64,000 bases of DNA from Mobula hypostoma (lineage: Eukaryota): NCBI RefSeq assembly GCF_963921235.1, contig NC_086118.1:14572001-14636000 (forward strand). The letters are read 5' to 3'. Shown piece after piece: positions 24,309 to 37,500 of this stretch (its first letter is position 1; every line of letters starts with the position of its first letter). The translations under genes and the position numbers were made by a program. The notes under the pieces were generated by a model. That model saw only the letters and a list, made by a program, of their open reading frames with translations, searched no databases and was not told where the DNA came from.

Positions 24309-26519
24309 TGAAGAAGACTTGATTGTTCACAACAGTTTCATCACTAGGGGACTCAAGTATATACTTTGAGAACATTTAAACAAAATCGTGTTCTGCATTG
24401 GGAGACTTATGATACCTAATGTTGAAAATTTGAAGTTCTTCTACCATCTTACTTTTGCAATAATTGCATATAAATAAAATCAATGCTGTGCATAGCATCT
24501 ACTATCTTTGTATTCGAGTTGATTTGCAAAAGAATTTAAGAAAGAGAAAGGCCATTCACATGATTAACAGGAGACACTACTGATTTGCAAGCTGAACTGG
24601 AAAGGATGCGGATGAGATTCACCAAGATGTTGTCTGATAAAAAAGATCTGGGTTGTGGGGGAGGGGTGGTCGACCCGATTGAGGGATACAAAATATGAGG
24701 TGTATAGATAGTGCAAAACTTTTCCACAAGGCAGAGATATTTCAAACAAGAGGACATAGAATTGAGGTGGGGGAAGGAGACATAGAGTACTTTTAAGAAA
24801 AAAAATTCACCCAGAGTATTGTTGAAATCTAGAATGCATTACCTTCTGGGAAGATGAAGGCAAGTGTTCTCACAACATTTAAGACGTAGTTAGATAAGCA
24901 CTTGAAATCCCACAATACAGATGGCTAGGGAATTAGCTTAGATGCTCAGTGTAGACATTGTGGGTTTCTGTGCTATATGAATATGATTCTATGATACAGC
25001 AAGATACCAAACGTAGAAGTGCTGGTACTCTAGTCCAGGCAGAAGGGTAGTACACAGAGTCCTTGTCAGGAAATCACAGGCAACAGCCTATACCTTTTAC
25101 CTTTTTAAATTTAGTGCAGCAGAAATCCCCAAAATACTCCAATTAATATTCATGTGACCTTGTGATATTATTTGATCCAAAGTTTTTAGAGACATTCACC
25201 TTTTTAGGTATCAGGTTGGCGCTATGAAGCAGTGTTGTAAAGTCAGCCTTCTTCCACACGACAGCCTGTGCTATGGGTCCAGTAACATGATTGCTGAAGT
25301 TAGCAGAACAAAACTGTGATAGCAGAGTACAAAACAAAGCTGATGCAATTTTTTGTTAATTATTACTGACAAAGCAAAGATTTCTTTACTCTTGTGTGTA
25401 GCTGGGAAGTCCTACTTAAGAAGTTGGAATTCATGTTCATCTCTTGCCCTAGCTCTTCTCAGTGTTGGGGGCCACTGGTTTGAAAGATATAGCTAAAACA
25501 TGCACATTGTGGTGACAATGTGTCAGAGGTGGAGGGAATGAACGTTTAAGCCGGACAAGATGTAAATTGAGCAGCCTGCTTTGTTCCAGTTGGTGAATAC
25601 TTAATTTACAATTGCAGCCATTGAGCAACTGAGTCTCAGGTCCATGACAATTAGTACTTTCTGGTCATGAAGAGTTTTAGAAGAATCTGTAGCTAAATCC
25701 ACTTAATACAGGATATTCTTGAGCTTGGTCTTGTAGCCGAGGCATTTATATTCCTGTTCCACAATGACTACTCATAAAATATAATACAGTATCTAGTGAA
25801 CGGTATCTTCATTTTATATGTACTGAAGAACTAAACAATACTAAATGTCATTGAAGGGTTATTAGGACTCCTGCCTCACTTTGAAGAACTCTTCATCTCA
25901 TGTCCTTGATACTTACTGCTCTTTTCCTTTTTGTATTTGTGCAGTTTGTTGTCTTTTGCACATTAGTTCGGGGCAGTCTTTCACTAATTCTATTGTGATT
26001 CTTGCATTTACTGTGAATGCCCACAAGAAAATAAATCTCAGGGTATTATATGGTGACATATACTTACTTTGATAATAAATTTACTTTGAACTTAGTTGGG
26101 GGAGAGCTATGTCTCACGCTTACATTGTATGTATGTTATTGTGGATTGAATATTATCCGAGTCTCCCCAAATTATGCTGTGGCTCATTTCACTGATTGAG
26201 GAAATACAAATTTTAACAAACATTGAGGTCATCAGCAAGTAATGCCACGGTTACATAATGGTTAGCATAACGCTACTACAGTGACAGCAACCCAAGTTCA
26301 ATTCCTGCCAATGTCTGTAAAGAGTTTATATCTTCTTCCTGCTGTGTGATTTTCCTCTGCGTGCTCTGGTTTCCTCCCCATTCCAAAAATGTGCAGATTA
26401 ATAGGTTATTTAGTCACATGGGTACATTTGGGCAGCACAGTCCTGGGCCGGAAGTGGTGCATCTCAAAGTTAGATTACATTTCTAATCTAGCATAGAGTA
26501 AATACATGATAGGGTTGAT

Positions 26520-28910
26520 CTTAGAAACATAGAAAACCTACAGCACAATACAGGTCATTCGGCCCACAATGCTGTGCCCAACATGTACTTACTTTAGAAA
26601 TTACCTCGGGTTACCCATAACCCTCTATTTTTCTGAGCTCCATGTACCTATCCATGTGTCTCTTAAAAGATCCTGTTGTATCCGCCTCCACCACCGTCAC
26701 CGGCAGCACATTCCACGCACTCACCACTCTGTGTAAAAAAACTTACCCCTAACATCTTCTCTGTACCTACTTCCAAGCACCTTAAAACTGTGCCTTCTCG
26801 TGTTAGCCATTTCAGCCTTGGGAAAAAGCCTCTGACTATCCACACAATCAATGTCTCTCATCATCTTGTACACCTCTATCAGGTCACCTCTAATCCTCTG
26901 TCACTCCAAGGTGAAAAGGCCGAGTTTACTCAACCTATTCTCATAAGGCATGCTTCCCAATCCAGGCAACATCCTTGTAAATCTCCTCTGCACCCTTTCT
27001 ATAGCTTCCACATCCTTTCTGTAGTGAGGTGACCAGAACTGAGCACAGAACTCCAAGTGGGGTCTGACCAGGGTCCAATATAGCTGAAACATTACCTCTC
27101 AGCTCTTGAACTCAGTCCCACGATTGATGAAGGCGAATACACTGTATACCTTCTTAACCACACAGACAACCTGTGCAGCAGCTCTGTGTGTCCTATGGAC
27201 TCGGACCCAAGATCCCTCTGATCCTCCATACTGCCAAGAGTCTTACCATTAATACTATATTCTGCCATATACTATATTCTATATTCTGTGATGGTAGGCC
27301 ATCACATTTGACCTACCAAAATGAACCACCTCTCACTTATCTGGGTTGAACTCCATCTGCCACTTCTCAGCCCAGTTTTGCATCCTATCGATGTCCTGCT
27401 GTAACCTCTGACAGCCCTCCACACTGTCCACAGCACCTCCAACCTTTATAGCATCAGCAAATTTACTAACCCATCCCCCAATCCTACATTTCCCAGAACA
27501 GAACACTGAGGCACACCACTGGTCACCGACCTCCATGCAGAATATGAATTCTGGATCTACAAAGCAAGGTATCTCATACCTCCTTACTTTCTCAATAAGC
27601 TTTGTATGGGGTACCTTATCAAATGCCTTGCTGAAATCCATATACACTACATCTACTGCTCTACCTTCATCAATGTGTTTAGTCACCTCCTTAAAAGATT
27701 CAGTCAGGCTCATAAGGCATGACTTGCCTTTGACAAAACCATGCTGACTATTCCTAATCATATTATGCCTCTCCAAATGTTCATATGCCTCTCAGGATCT
27801 TCTCCATCAACTCGCCAACCATCAAAGTAAGACTCACTGGTCTATAATTTCCAGAGCTATCTTTACTCCCTTTCTTGAATAAGAGAACAACATCTGCAAC
27901 CCTCCAATCCACCGGAACCTCTCCAGGACCCACTGATGATGCAAAGGTTATTGCCAGGGGCTCAGCAATCTTCTCCCTCACCTCCCACTGTAGCCTGGGG
28001 TATATCTTGTCCGGTCCCAGTGATTTATCCAACTTGATGCTTTCCAAAAGCTCCAGCACATCCTCTTTCTTAATGTCTACGTGATTAAGCTTTTCAGTCC
28101 GCTTTAAGTCATCTCTACAATCGCCACTGTCCTTTTTCATAGTGAATACTGAAGCAAAGTATTCGTTAAGTAGCTCTGGTATCTCCTCCGGTTCCATACA
28201 CACTTTTCCACTGTCACATTTGATTGGTCCTACTCTCTCACGTCTTATCCTCTTGCTCTACACATACCTGTAGAATGCCTTGGGGTTTTCCTTAATCCTG
28301 TCCAACAAAGCCTTCTCATGGCCCCTTCTGGCTCTCCTAATTTCATTCTTAACCTCCTTCCTGCTAGCCTTATAATTTTCTAGATCTCTATCATTAGCTA
28401 GTTTTTTTTAACCATTTGTAAGCTTTTCTTCTTGACTAGATTTTCTACGGCCTTTGTACACCACAGTTCCTGTACCCTACCATGCTTTCCCTGTCTCATT
28501 GGAACATACCTATGCAGAATGCCACGCAAATATCCCCTGAACATTTGCTACATTTCTGCTGTATATTTCCCTGAGAACATCTGCTCCCAATTTATACTTC
28601 CAAGTCCCTGCCTGATAGCTTCACATTTCCCCTTACTCCAATTAAATGTTTTCTTAACTTGTCTGTTCCTATCCCTCTCCAATGCTATGGTAAAGGAGAT
28701 AGAATTGTGATCACTCTCTCCAAAATGCTGTCCCACTGAGAGACCTGACACCTGACCAGGTTCATTTCTCAATACCAGATCCAGTACAGCCTCTCCTCTT
28801 GTAGGCTTAACTACATATTGTGTCAAGAAACCTTCCTGAATACACCCAACAAACTCCACCCCATCTAAACCTCTCGCTCTAGGGACAAGCCAATCAATAT
28901 TTGGGAAATT
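26520..28910 (-). mobile_element. CR1 LINE ORF2 (endonuclease C-term, RT, 3' UTR), decayed
   Basis: 'GFLTQYVVKPTRGEAVLDLVL...SDHNSISF', 'GPDKIYPR...NYRPVSLT', 'SQHGFVKGKSCL...VYMDFSKAFDKVPH', 'KFADAIKVGG', 'LVRPHLEFCAQFWSP'. Confidence 0.95.
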
Positions 28911-29129
28911 AATTTGTTGTCTGTTTGCATGATGCTAGTGGACAAAGAAATCAGAATCTGATTTCCCATCTGGCTTTTCTTATATGACTAACTCTTATGC
29001 CTAATGCAGTTGTCAGTTAGAGAAGTAGGACAAGTAAGAAGTGTTACATTGTCACTGACAGTAGAGCAGCTGTCTAAGTCTCAGTGACGTGGTTCAATCC
29101 CAGTTTCTGGTGCTGTGTACATAGTTTGT

Positions 29130-29512
29130 ATATTCTTCTCTCCACCCACCACCACTTCCCCTTTTCCTTTATTTCCCACTCTGACCTTTCACCTCTTCTT
29201 ACATACCAGTCACTTCCCCGTGGACCCTTCCTCCTTCCCTTTCCCCTGTGGTCCACTTTCCTGTCTTATCAGATTCCTTCTGCAACCCTTGGCCTCTCCC
29301 ACCCACCTGGCTTCACCTATCACCTTCCAGCTAGCCTCCCATCCACCCCTTTTATTCTGGCATCTTTCCCCTTCCTTCTCAGTCCGAAAGAAGGGCTTTG
29401 GCCCAAATATGGACTGTTTATTTATTTCCGTAGAAGCTGCCTGACCTGCTGTGTTCCTTCAACACTTTGTGTGTGTTGCGTTGGATTTCCAGCATCTGCA
29501 GACTTTCTTGTC
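29130..29512 (+). mobile_element. Penelope-like element 3' UTR fragment nested in a SINE
   Basis: Pyrimidine-rich tract like 45560-45890, followed by a degenerate hammerhead-like core and the shared terminus 'gctgcctgacctgctg...ttccagcatctgcagactttcttgt'. Confidence 0.65.
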
Positions 29513-29596
29513 TTATGTTCTTACTGTGACTGCATGGGTTTCCCTGAGGGGCTCTGCTTTCTTCCCACATCCCAAAGATGAGTGGGTAGATAACTT

Positions 29597-29737
29597 CATC
29601 AGTTAGTCCTGACAAAGGGTCTCGGCCTGAAACGTCGACTGCACCTCTTCCTAGAGATGCTGCCTGGCCTGCTGCGTTCACCAGCAACTTTTATGTGTGT
29701 TGCTTGAATTTCCAGCATCTGCAGAATTCCTGTTGTT
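29597..29737 (+). mobile_element. Short Penelope-terminus insertion with a near-consensus hammerhead motif and a 14-bp TSD
   Basis: TSD TGGGTAGATAACTT at 29583-29596 and 29738-29751; same subfamily as 11962-12197. Confidence 0.85.
29605..29640 (+). ncRNA. Minimal type-I hammerhead ribozyme motif (one core mismatch)
   Basis: AGUC (stem I) CUGACAA (core; canonical CUGANGA) AGG-GUCUCGG-CCU (stem II) GAAA CG UC GACU (stem I'), with palindromic ACGU in place of stem III. Confidence 0.7.
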
Positions 29738-31119
29738 TGGGTAGATAACTTAATTGGCCCCTTCAAATTGTCCCTAGTGAGTAGGACTAGAGGGCTTGAG
29801 CGTTAAGGAGAGACTACGTAGGCTGGAACAGAGACTAGATAGGCTGGAACTATTTATAAATTCATGATGGGGCATGATGGAGTGTCAGTCTTTTCCCAAA
29901 GCAGAGGAAGGCATAGGTTCAGTGTGGCAGGGGAGAGATTTAAAGTGGACCCTTTCACAGAGAGTGTTGTGGGGTCTATGGGTCAAGCAGCCAAAGGAAG
30001 GGGTGGAGGCAGATACAGTTGCAACGTTTATGAGGTATTTGTACATTTGAGACAGAGGAGAACTGCAGATGCTGGAATCTGGAACAATGAACAAGATACT
30101 AGAGGTAGGGCAGTATTTGTGAGGGAGGTGGAGACAGTCGATATTTTGGGTTGAGACCTTTCATCATTATATGGATAGGAAAGGTTTAGACTCAGTGATA
30201 TGGGGCAAACACAGGCAAATACACCTAGCTCTGGAAGGCATATTAGTTGTCATGGATATATGTCTTTGTCTCTGCGAATCTGTGAGTGCTGATGAGAATA
30301 CAGGGGCGATAGAATGGGATTAGTTTAAATGAGTGACTGATGGTTGGCCTGGACTAAGTGGTGCACAGTGTGGATGACTGTGACCCCATGCTTTTTTAAA
30401 TTAATTATAACGTAGAAGATTACCATGACACCTTGGCTAATTTGCCTGTATTCTGTGACAAACCTAGAAACAGTGTGGTTTTATTAACTAGGTTGTGATT
30501 CCATTCTTGGTTATAGTAAGCAGAAGTGCTTGCAGACAGCACCCAGCTGTTGCCAGCACATTCTCATGCTTCTGTCAGACGAGCTGACCCTCAGTTTAAA
30601 TACTAAGACCAAGTCACTCACGATGGTGACTGCTATGGGTACTTGCATTAGTCATTGCTTTATAAAGCAAAGACTTGTTAAATAGTCTGGCATTGGTTCA
30701 GATGTTTATTGAGACTAATAGGTGAACATTTTTAATCTACATCAAGGTATTGTCCAGAAAGAAAGGATTCAATCCTCAAGTACTTTAGAAAAATACCACA
30801 TAAGACTGGAAGCCATGTGATGTGAATATATTTTGTGAAGATGTGAGGGGTTGCTTTACCCAATATCTGCTTCTGGTAGAGTGCCTAAATACCTCAATGA
30901 CACACATTGGAAAGTTACAAGGAATGCACTTTTGATTTCTCTTTGTACTGCAACCAGGCAAGACTCCACACCAGAAATACAGATTTGCAAAATAATCTGC
31001 CTTTGGCGAATTGGATGATAAGAATAATTAACAAAATTAATCATTACTGCTTTATGATCATTTAAAATGTCTTGTATTTATATATAGATATATAATTCTT
31101 TTCTTTTCTCTACCTGGTA

Positions 31120-31645
31120 CACTCAGTGGCCACTTTATTAGGTAGACCTGTACATCTGTTCGTTAATGCAAATAGCTAATTAGCAAATCATGTGGCAGCA
31201 ACTCTGAGCATAAAAAGGATGTGGACATCGTTAAGAGGTTCAGTTGTTTTTCAGACCAAACACCAGAATGGGAAAGTGGCTTTGACTGTGGAATGATTGT
31301 AGCCGCTATACCGAGTGTTTTGAGTGCGTCAGAAAACGCTGATCGCTTGGGATTTTTGTGCGAAACAGTCTCTAGTGTTTACAGGGAGTGGTGCAAGAAA
31401 CAAAGGTACATCCATTGAGTGGCAGTTCTGTGGGCAAAACGCCCTGCTAACGAGAGAGATCAGAAGAGAATGGCCAGACTGGTTCAAGCTGACAGGAAGG
31501 CAACAGTAACTCAAATACAGTGGTGTGTCGAAGGGCTTCTCTGAACATGCAACCCGTCAAACCTTGAAATGGATGGGCTACAGCAGTAGAAGTCAGCCCC
31601 TTTATTAGGTACAGGAGGTACTGAATAAAGTGGTCAGCAAGTGTG
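31120..31645 (+). mobile_element. Tc1/mariner deletion derivative
   Basis: TA then CACTCAGTGGCCACTTTATTAGG ... AATAAAGTGGTCAGCAAGTG; remnant of the Tc1 N-terminal HTH 'FDCGMIVAA...SENADRLGF...TVSSVYREW'. Related copies at about 41255-41760(-) and 53790-54475(+). Confidence 0.8.
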
Positions 31646-32004
31646 TAATTTCTGTTCTCTGTGTTGTCTTTACCTCTGTGTCTCTGACCATGCTGCAAGC
31701 AAGTTTTTCATTGTACTTCACCGTGTTTATGCACATAAGAACATACTCCACTGAAATCCTTTCCTAATCTCAAATGGTTTCAAAATATCCTTCAGCCTGT
31801 GAAGTACTTTTGAGGTAAGTCACTATTGTAATTTCAGAATCAAATCTTTGACCTGATTTATATAAAGTAATTAGTTCTTGTTGCTATCACATGATTTAGA
31901 CCAAGCTAGTTCCCAGTGAAACTGATGTAGAGCAACTATGAAACTGAATCAATGCCCATTATTACTGTTAAATATATTTTGTAGTAAACTTCCGATCTAT
32001 AAAT

Positions 32005-32460
32005 CTATGAAATTAGTGTCTGGTACGGCAGTGCCAATGCACACAATTGGAAAAACCTGCTATAAACACAGCCAGCTCCATCATGGATACTAGCTTCACT
32101 TGCTTTCCCAACCATTGAGGGTATCTTCAAAAGGCATTGCTTCAAGAAAGTAGCATCCATCATTAAGAATCCTCTGCAACCTGGACATGCTTTCTTATCA
32201 TTACTACCATCAGGGAGGAGGTACGGGAGCCTGAATTCACACACTCAATATTGTAGGAACAGATTGTAAAGCCTCCGCCATCAGATTTCTGAATGGGCTG
32301 TAAACCAATGGACATTTTGCTCTCATTTCTCATAGTTTATTTGCTTTTAATATTTCTTATTGTAACTTACAATATTTTAAAAAATGTACTTCACTCTACT
32401 GCTGCCACAAAGCAACAAATTTCATAACTGGTGTCAGTGATAATAAGCCTGATTGTGAAC
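32005..32460 (+). mobile_element. Rex1/Babar LINE 3' fragment
   Basis: Resembles the 3' end of the 59580-62430 element (KKVASIIKNP...PGHAFLSLLPSGRRYGSL). Confidence 0.75.
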
Positions 32461-32619
32461 TTATGACATGTGTAGCCCTGCAGCAAATAATTTCATTGCC
32501 CAGTGAAGCCACTGTGCCTCATGAGCCAGGAACATCCAATGTATGGTCTCTTTTGAAAACTGTTATCTCTCCAGTGAGTAAATGTTGCAGCGGCGGTTGA
32601 AGACAAACGAATATGGAAC

Positions 32620-33070
32620 TACAACTTCTTTACCATCCAAGGATGTTGCCAGGATTGGAGAAACCTGGGTTACGAGGAAAGATTGAATAGGTTAAGACTT
32701 TATTCCTTGGAATATAGAAGATTGAGGGGAGATTTGATAGTTACATAAAATTAGAATTGTATAAACAGGGTAAATGCAAGCATGCTTTTCCCTCTGAGGC
32801 TGGGTGGGACTACAACTAGAGGTCATAGGTTAAGGGTGAAAGGTGAGATGTTCAAGGGGAACATGAGGGTCATGAGAGTATGGAATGAGCTGCCAGCACA
32901 AGTGGTGCATGGAAGCTGAATTTCAACATTTAAGAGAAGTTTGGATAGGTACGTGGATGGTAGGGGTATGGAGGGCTATGGTCTAGGTGCAAGTCAATGG
33001 GAGTAGGTAGATTAAACGGCTAGATGGGCCAAAATGCTTGTTTCTGTGCTGTAGTTTTCTATGACTCTAA
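32620..33070 (+). mobile_element. CR1 LINE 3' fragment
   Basis: 'MLPGLE...YEERLNRL.LYSLE..RLRGDLI' and 'TRGHRLRVKG', then the CR1 3' UTR. Similar fragments at about 24560-24990 and 29850-30250. Confidence 0.8.
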
Positions 33071-33799
33071 CTCTGGAAGAAAATTAGGTTGTGCACAATA
33101 GAGACTACACTTCAAAAGAGCTTTGCTGACTGTGAGTTAATTTGAAACGATCTGAGGTTGTGACAAGAATTATATGAATGCAAGCCCTTTTTTACCTAGC
33201 AATAAATGTAAAATCAATTTATTATTCATTCATCCCAGAAAGCCAGTTACGTAAGTGCAAAGAGACCTTTAAAGAAGTTTTGGTGGTGAGCTGAAGCCTG
33301 TCACTATTTGCAGAATTACAAAAAATTATAAACAAAGAAAAATTCAGAGCAGAGAAAATACAACCTTTATTTGAGGCAAATCACATTTTCTGAGACTCTG
33401 CTATTTTCTTGTAGTAGGGAAGCTAATGCAGTGAATTTGCCTATCAACTTTACTGAGGCAAATCAATTAGAGCCGAGATTGACGGTATTGAAATCCTTCC
33501 CAACTGGCAATTGTAAAAAAAAAATTCTTCTGCACTTGAAGTGGAGTTTAGCCAGTCTCAAATGGATTCCTGATGCTCAACAAATAAAACTGAAAAGTAA
33601 ACAGAAACACTGGGAAAACACCTCCAGTCAGGCAGCATCTGTGGAAAAAGAAATGAAATCACATTTCAGGTCAGTGAGCTTTGCTAAGAAGATGTTGCCT
33701 GTCTACCTGGCTGAACTCTTCCAGCACTCTGTATTTGTTTTTGGATTCCCAATGATCATTTACCATCAACCAAAAAAAAAGTTGATGTAGTGTTTGGGT

Positions 33800-34335
33800 G
33801 TATGGGGTGCCTAGGGAGAGGTAGCACCTCTGGTGGGGGGGGGGGGGTCCTGCCATGCCCTTTTTCAGGGCAGCTTGTCCACTTTGGTCCCCACCTGGTG
33901 CTCAGCTCTCACCTGTGGCTCCAAGTAGCTGTAGCATGCGCAGCGGCCACACCCTGGTAAACCATCTCGGCAGACAGGCCAAACCAGGTGAGGGTAGCCT
34001 ACGGGACTTTGACCCTCGGTGAGGTAGGGGATCTGCCTGTCCCAGCATATGAAGTCTGGCCATGGCGGATTGAGGCGGAAGAGACCAAGTAATGGTCCAA
34101 AGGTCAAGAAGGCAAGCCAGCAGGCGTTGTGGAGCGCTAAGAGCACGACAAGGCACTTAGACGTCCTGGTCATCCACTGCAAGAGGTGGTGATCTCTTTA
34201 AACTCACCCAGCAGAAGGCAAAGACAAACCACTGCTGTAACCTGCCATGAACATGATTTACCAATATGTCAGAGCGGCGTGGTGGGAAATCATTCACCAA
34301 TTGGAAATTTCAGGTGCGACCTAATGATGACGACA
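33800..34335 (+). mobile_element. RTE-derived SINE-like element with an 11-bp TSD
   Basis: TSD AGTGTTT(G/A)GGT at 33789-33799 and 34336-34346; BovB-like GAAGGCAAAGACAAACCAC; (GAT/GAC)n tail; an older relative lies at about 46775-47225. Confidence 0.6.
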
Positions 34336-34599
34336 AGTGTTTAGGTAGAAAATCTGATGGAAGAACAGGCTTCAGAAAAGTGGTAAACATTGTACCGATG
34401 GGACAGGAATGCAATTGTAAACATAGGGGTGAGCTGCATTATTGAGACAGATTTGTGAAGGATTTACACTGCTTCTGGTGCTGCTTCAAGTAATATTGTG
34501 AGTGCATAATCCTGACAGATATGGGGAAATGGAAAAGATTTTCCCATTCCAGAGTACTTACTTTCCTTTTTAGATGAGTGCAAATTGTACCTTTCACAT

Positions 34600-37500
34600 T
34601 CACTGCCACTTCCACCTCTCCGAAGCTGGCAGGTAAACTATCCTCGTTGGGTCTCAACACCTCTCTCTGTAACTGGATCCTGGACTTCTTGACAGAAAGG
34701 CCACAGTCAGTCCATGTTGGTAGAAGGATCTCTAGCTCCATCATGCTTGGCACCAGTGCTCTCCGGGGCTGTGTGCTCCACCCACTGCTGTTCACACTGC
34801 TGACACATGACTGCTCTGCGAGATCCAATTCAAACCAAAGCATCGTCTGCCGATGTCACACCGTAGTTGGCCTCATCAGCAATGGCAACAAGACGGTGTA
34901 CAGAGAGGAGGAAGAGCGACTGGTCGAATATTGTGAGCACAACAACTTGAGTCTAAACATGAACAAGACCAACAAGATGTGCAGGCTGACCACTCCTCAC
35001 TCCACATGCACGACTCCTTCATGAAGAGAGTTAGGAGTGCCAGGTATCTGGGAGTGCACATAACGTGACAATTTCACCTGGTCCCTCTACACCACCTCTT
35101 TGGTCAGGAAAGCACAGCAGTGCCTCTGCTTCCTGAGGAGATTGAGCCAAATGAAGCTCTCACCCCCAACCCCCACTGTTCTAAACAATTTTCACAGGAG
35201 CACTATCAAGATGATCCTGACCAGCTGCATCTCCCTCTGGTATGGGAATTGCAAAGCATCTGACTAAAAGTTCCTACAAAGGATTGCCAGGACTGCTGAG
35301 AGGTTCAACATGGTCTCTCTTCTACCGATCAGATGTATGTATCAGGAGCACTGTGTATGCAGGGCCCTTAGCATTGTCAATGGTCCCTCCCATCTATCCA
35401 ATAATGTCTTTGACCCCCTACCATTAGGCAGGATGTACCATATGTAATGTACCCCTAGGGTTCATATTTTCTGTGGACTGTCACTTTAAAACGTCGGGAG
35501 AATGAGACTGACTTTTGGACACTGAACTGTTACAGAGAGAGTAGGACGAAGCCTGCCTTGAAATGGTGTTTATACAAACTCTAAAGCTTGTTTTGAATAT
35601 ACAAGGACACTGCCTGCCTGTGAGTTCTTACAAAGAGAGAGCAATGAGCAGCTTGTGGGTCGTCATGGTGACCGAGGGCGGCATTAATTGATGGACAGCT
35701 AGTGTTCAGCATGCACAGATAAATACAAGGTCAGCTGGTTGTTAGATAGACACACGTGGTTTTGGACACTGGATGAGCTTTGTGTGCCCACAGAAGAGTG
35801 GGTTTTGGAGGATTGATCAGGAGAATCAATCAGTGGCTCTCGCAGTGTGGAAAAGGTGTGACCGGTGGGAAGTTATCAGCGTGTAACTCTTGCCTGGTTT
35901 GATAACTCTATCACAGAAGATGGTCTCCTTTTTGTGGTCACATTCGGTGACTCTAAAGGAAGAGAAGAGGGGAAAGGAAGGTTTGAAACAGAAGAAACCT
36001 AGTGACAAAGAGGTCATTGTTTGGACTCTCTTTCTAAGTAGCCCGTAAGGGTGAGTTTGAGTTCCATTCGAATACGAAGGTGTGACTGTCACGTAGTTAA
36101 TCCACAGGAGTGGGTTCTCTGGTGAGGGGAGTACCTTTGTGACTACCACTTGTGTGTTACCCTTGTTTGGGTGTGGTAGTTCACTGAAGATAAGCACCCC
36201 TGTGGCAAATCACTGTTGGAGTTATTTCATATGTCATGGAACTGGATAAGTGGCTATCACGTTGTGTTTTGGGGTAACCTTGTGGAATCTGCCGGTGTAT
36301 GGACCCTTCCCTGGGTGTTGGTTCCTTTGAAGAGGGTCCCCTTAGTGATAGACTACTGTTGGTGATAATCCATATGTGGATTCTGTTTGAGTATCCTGTG
36401 GCCACCACTTTGAGATGTCCCGTAGCTGAATTTGGGTGTGGTACCACTTGTGTTGAAAGGATATTCATTGGAGATCACTGTCGGTGATACTTCGTGGGTG
36501 GAGTGGAACAACTTCGGAAATAAATCCTACTGCTATTGTTATTTTGTATTGCTGTCGTGGGATCTGTGGAATATCGACGTAATTGCCTTCTCACAACATT
36601 CGCCTTTGGATTACAAACATCTCGCATTAATTAACCTGTGCATCTGAACTGAACTTTTCTTACCTACCATTGTAAGACCGTATCAATTACCACCTAAGCT
36701 TGAAGAAGTTTGGCTTTTATATTTACACACCTGTATATGCATAAACTTTGCTAACCTGTTTGATTTATCTGGTTATATATTACTGTATTGCGTAGTTACT
36801 AATAAAATAGAATTAGTTAACAGCAATGCAAGACTCCAGGTGTGTTCCATTTCTGCTGGTTCTTTAACTCATTATGGGGTATGTAACAAAATTGGAGGCA
36901 CCGCCGGGATCTCCTGTTTACCAGCTGATTCTTTAAATTTCAATTTCAGTGGGGAAGATCCCTTCTGATTTGGTTGTGTGCAAAAACAGCAGAAATGGAG
37001 GTTAGGGAGGAGATCCAGTTACAACTAGAACAAATGAAGTTAGACATACTTAAACTGGAGAATGAGAAAGAGCAAAGACATCATGAGTTGCAACTAAAAC
37101 GACTCGAGGCTCGGGAGGCATAAAAACAAAGAGAAGAGGCAGAGAAACAGAGAGAGTTTGAGAGGCAGAAATTTATGTACTTCAATCGTGGGTGTACCTC
37201 AGAAGGAGTAACTGAAGTTCTTAATGGCTTGAAAGAGCTGGTTGTGATGCAGAAGTTCAAGAAGTGTGTTCCAGATGATGTAAGGGCATGTCTAGATGAA
37301 AAGGATGCCGCTACCTTGCGGGAGTCAGCTAGACTAGCAGACGAGGTTGTTTTAACCCATAAGGTTGAGTTTACTCTGGATGAGAGTTTCCCAGAGAGTA
37401 GCTGGGAGGATCGGGGTAAGCTGGAATTTGAAACTGGGACTAGTGATGAAGGCCTAGAAGAGGCAGCTGTCCCGATTGCCTGTGTTCAGGTTGTTGAAGC

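Noticed and set aside
26245..26320. tRNA gene (A/B-box-like motifs)
   Set aside because: It is the degenerate tRNA-derived head of a SINE and gives no cloverleaf.
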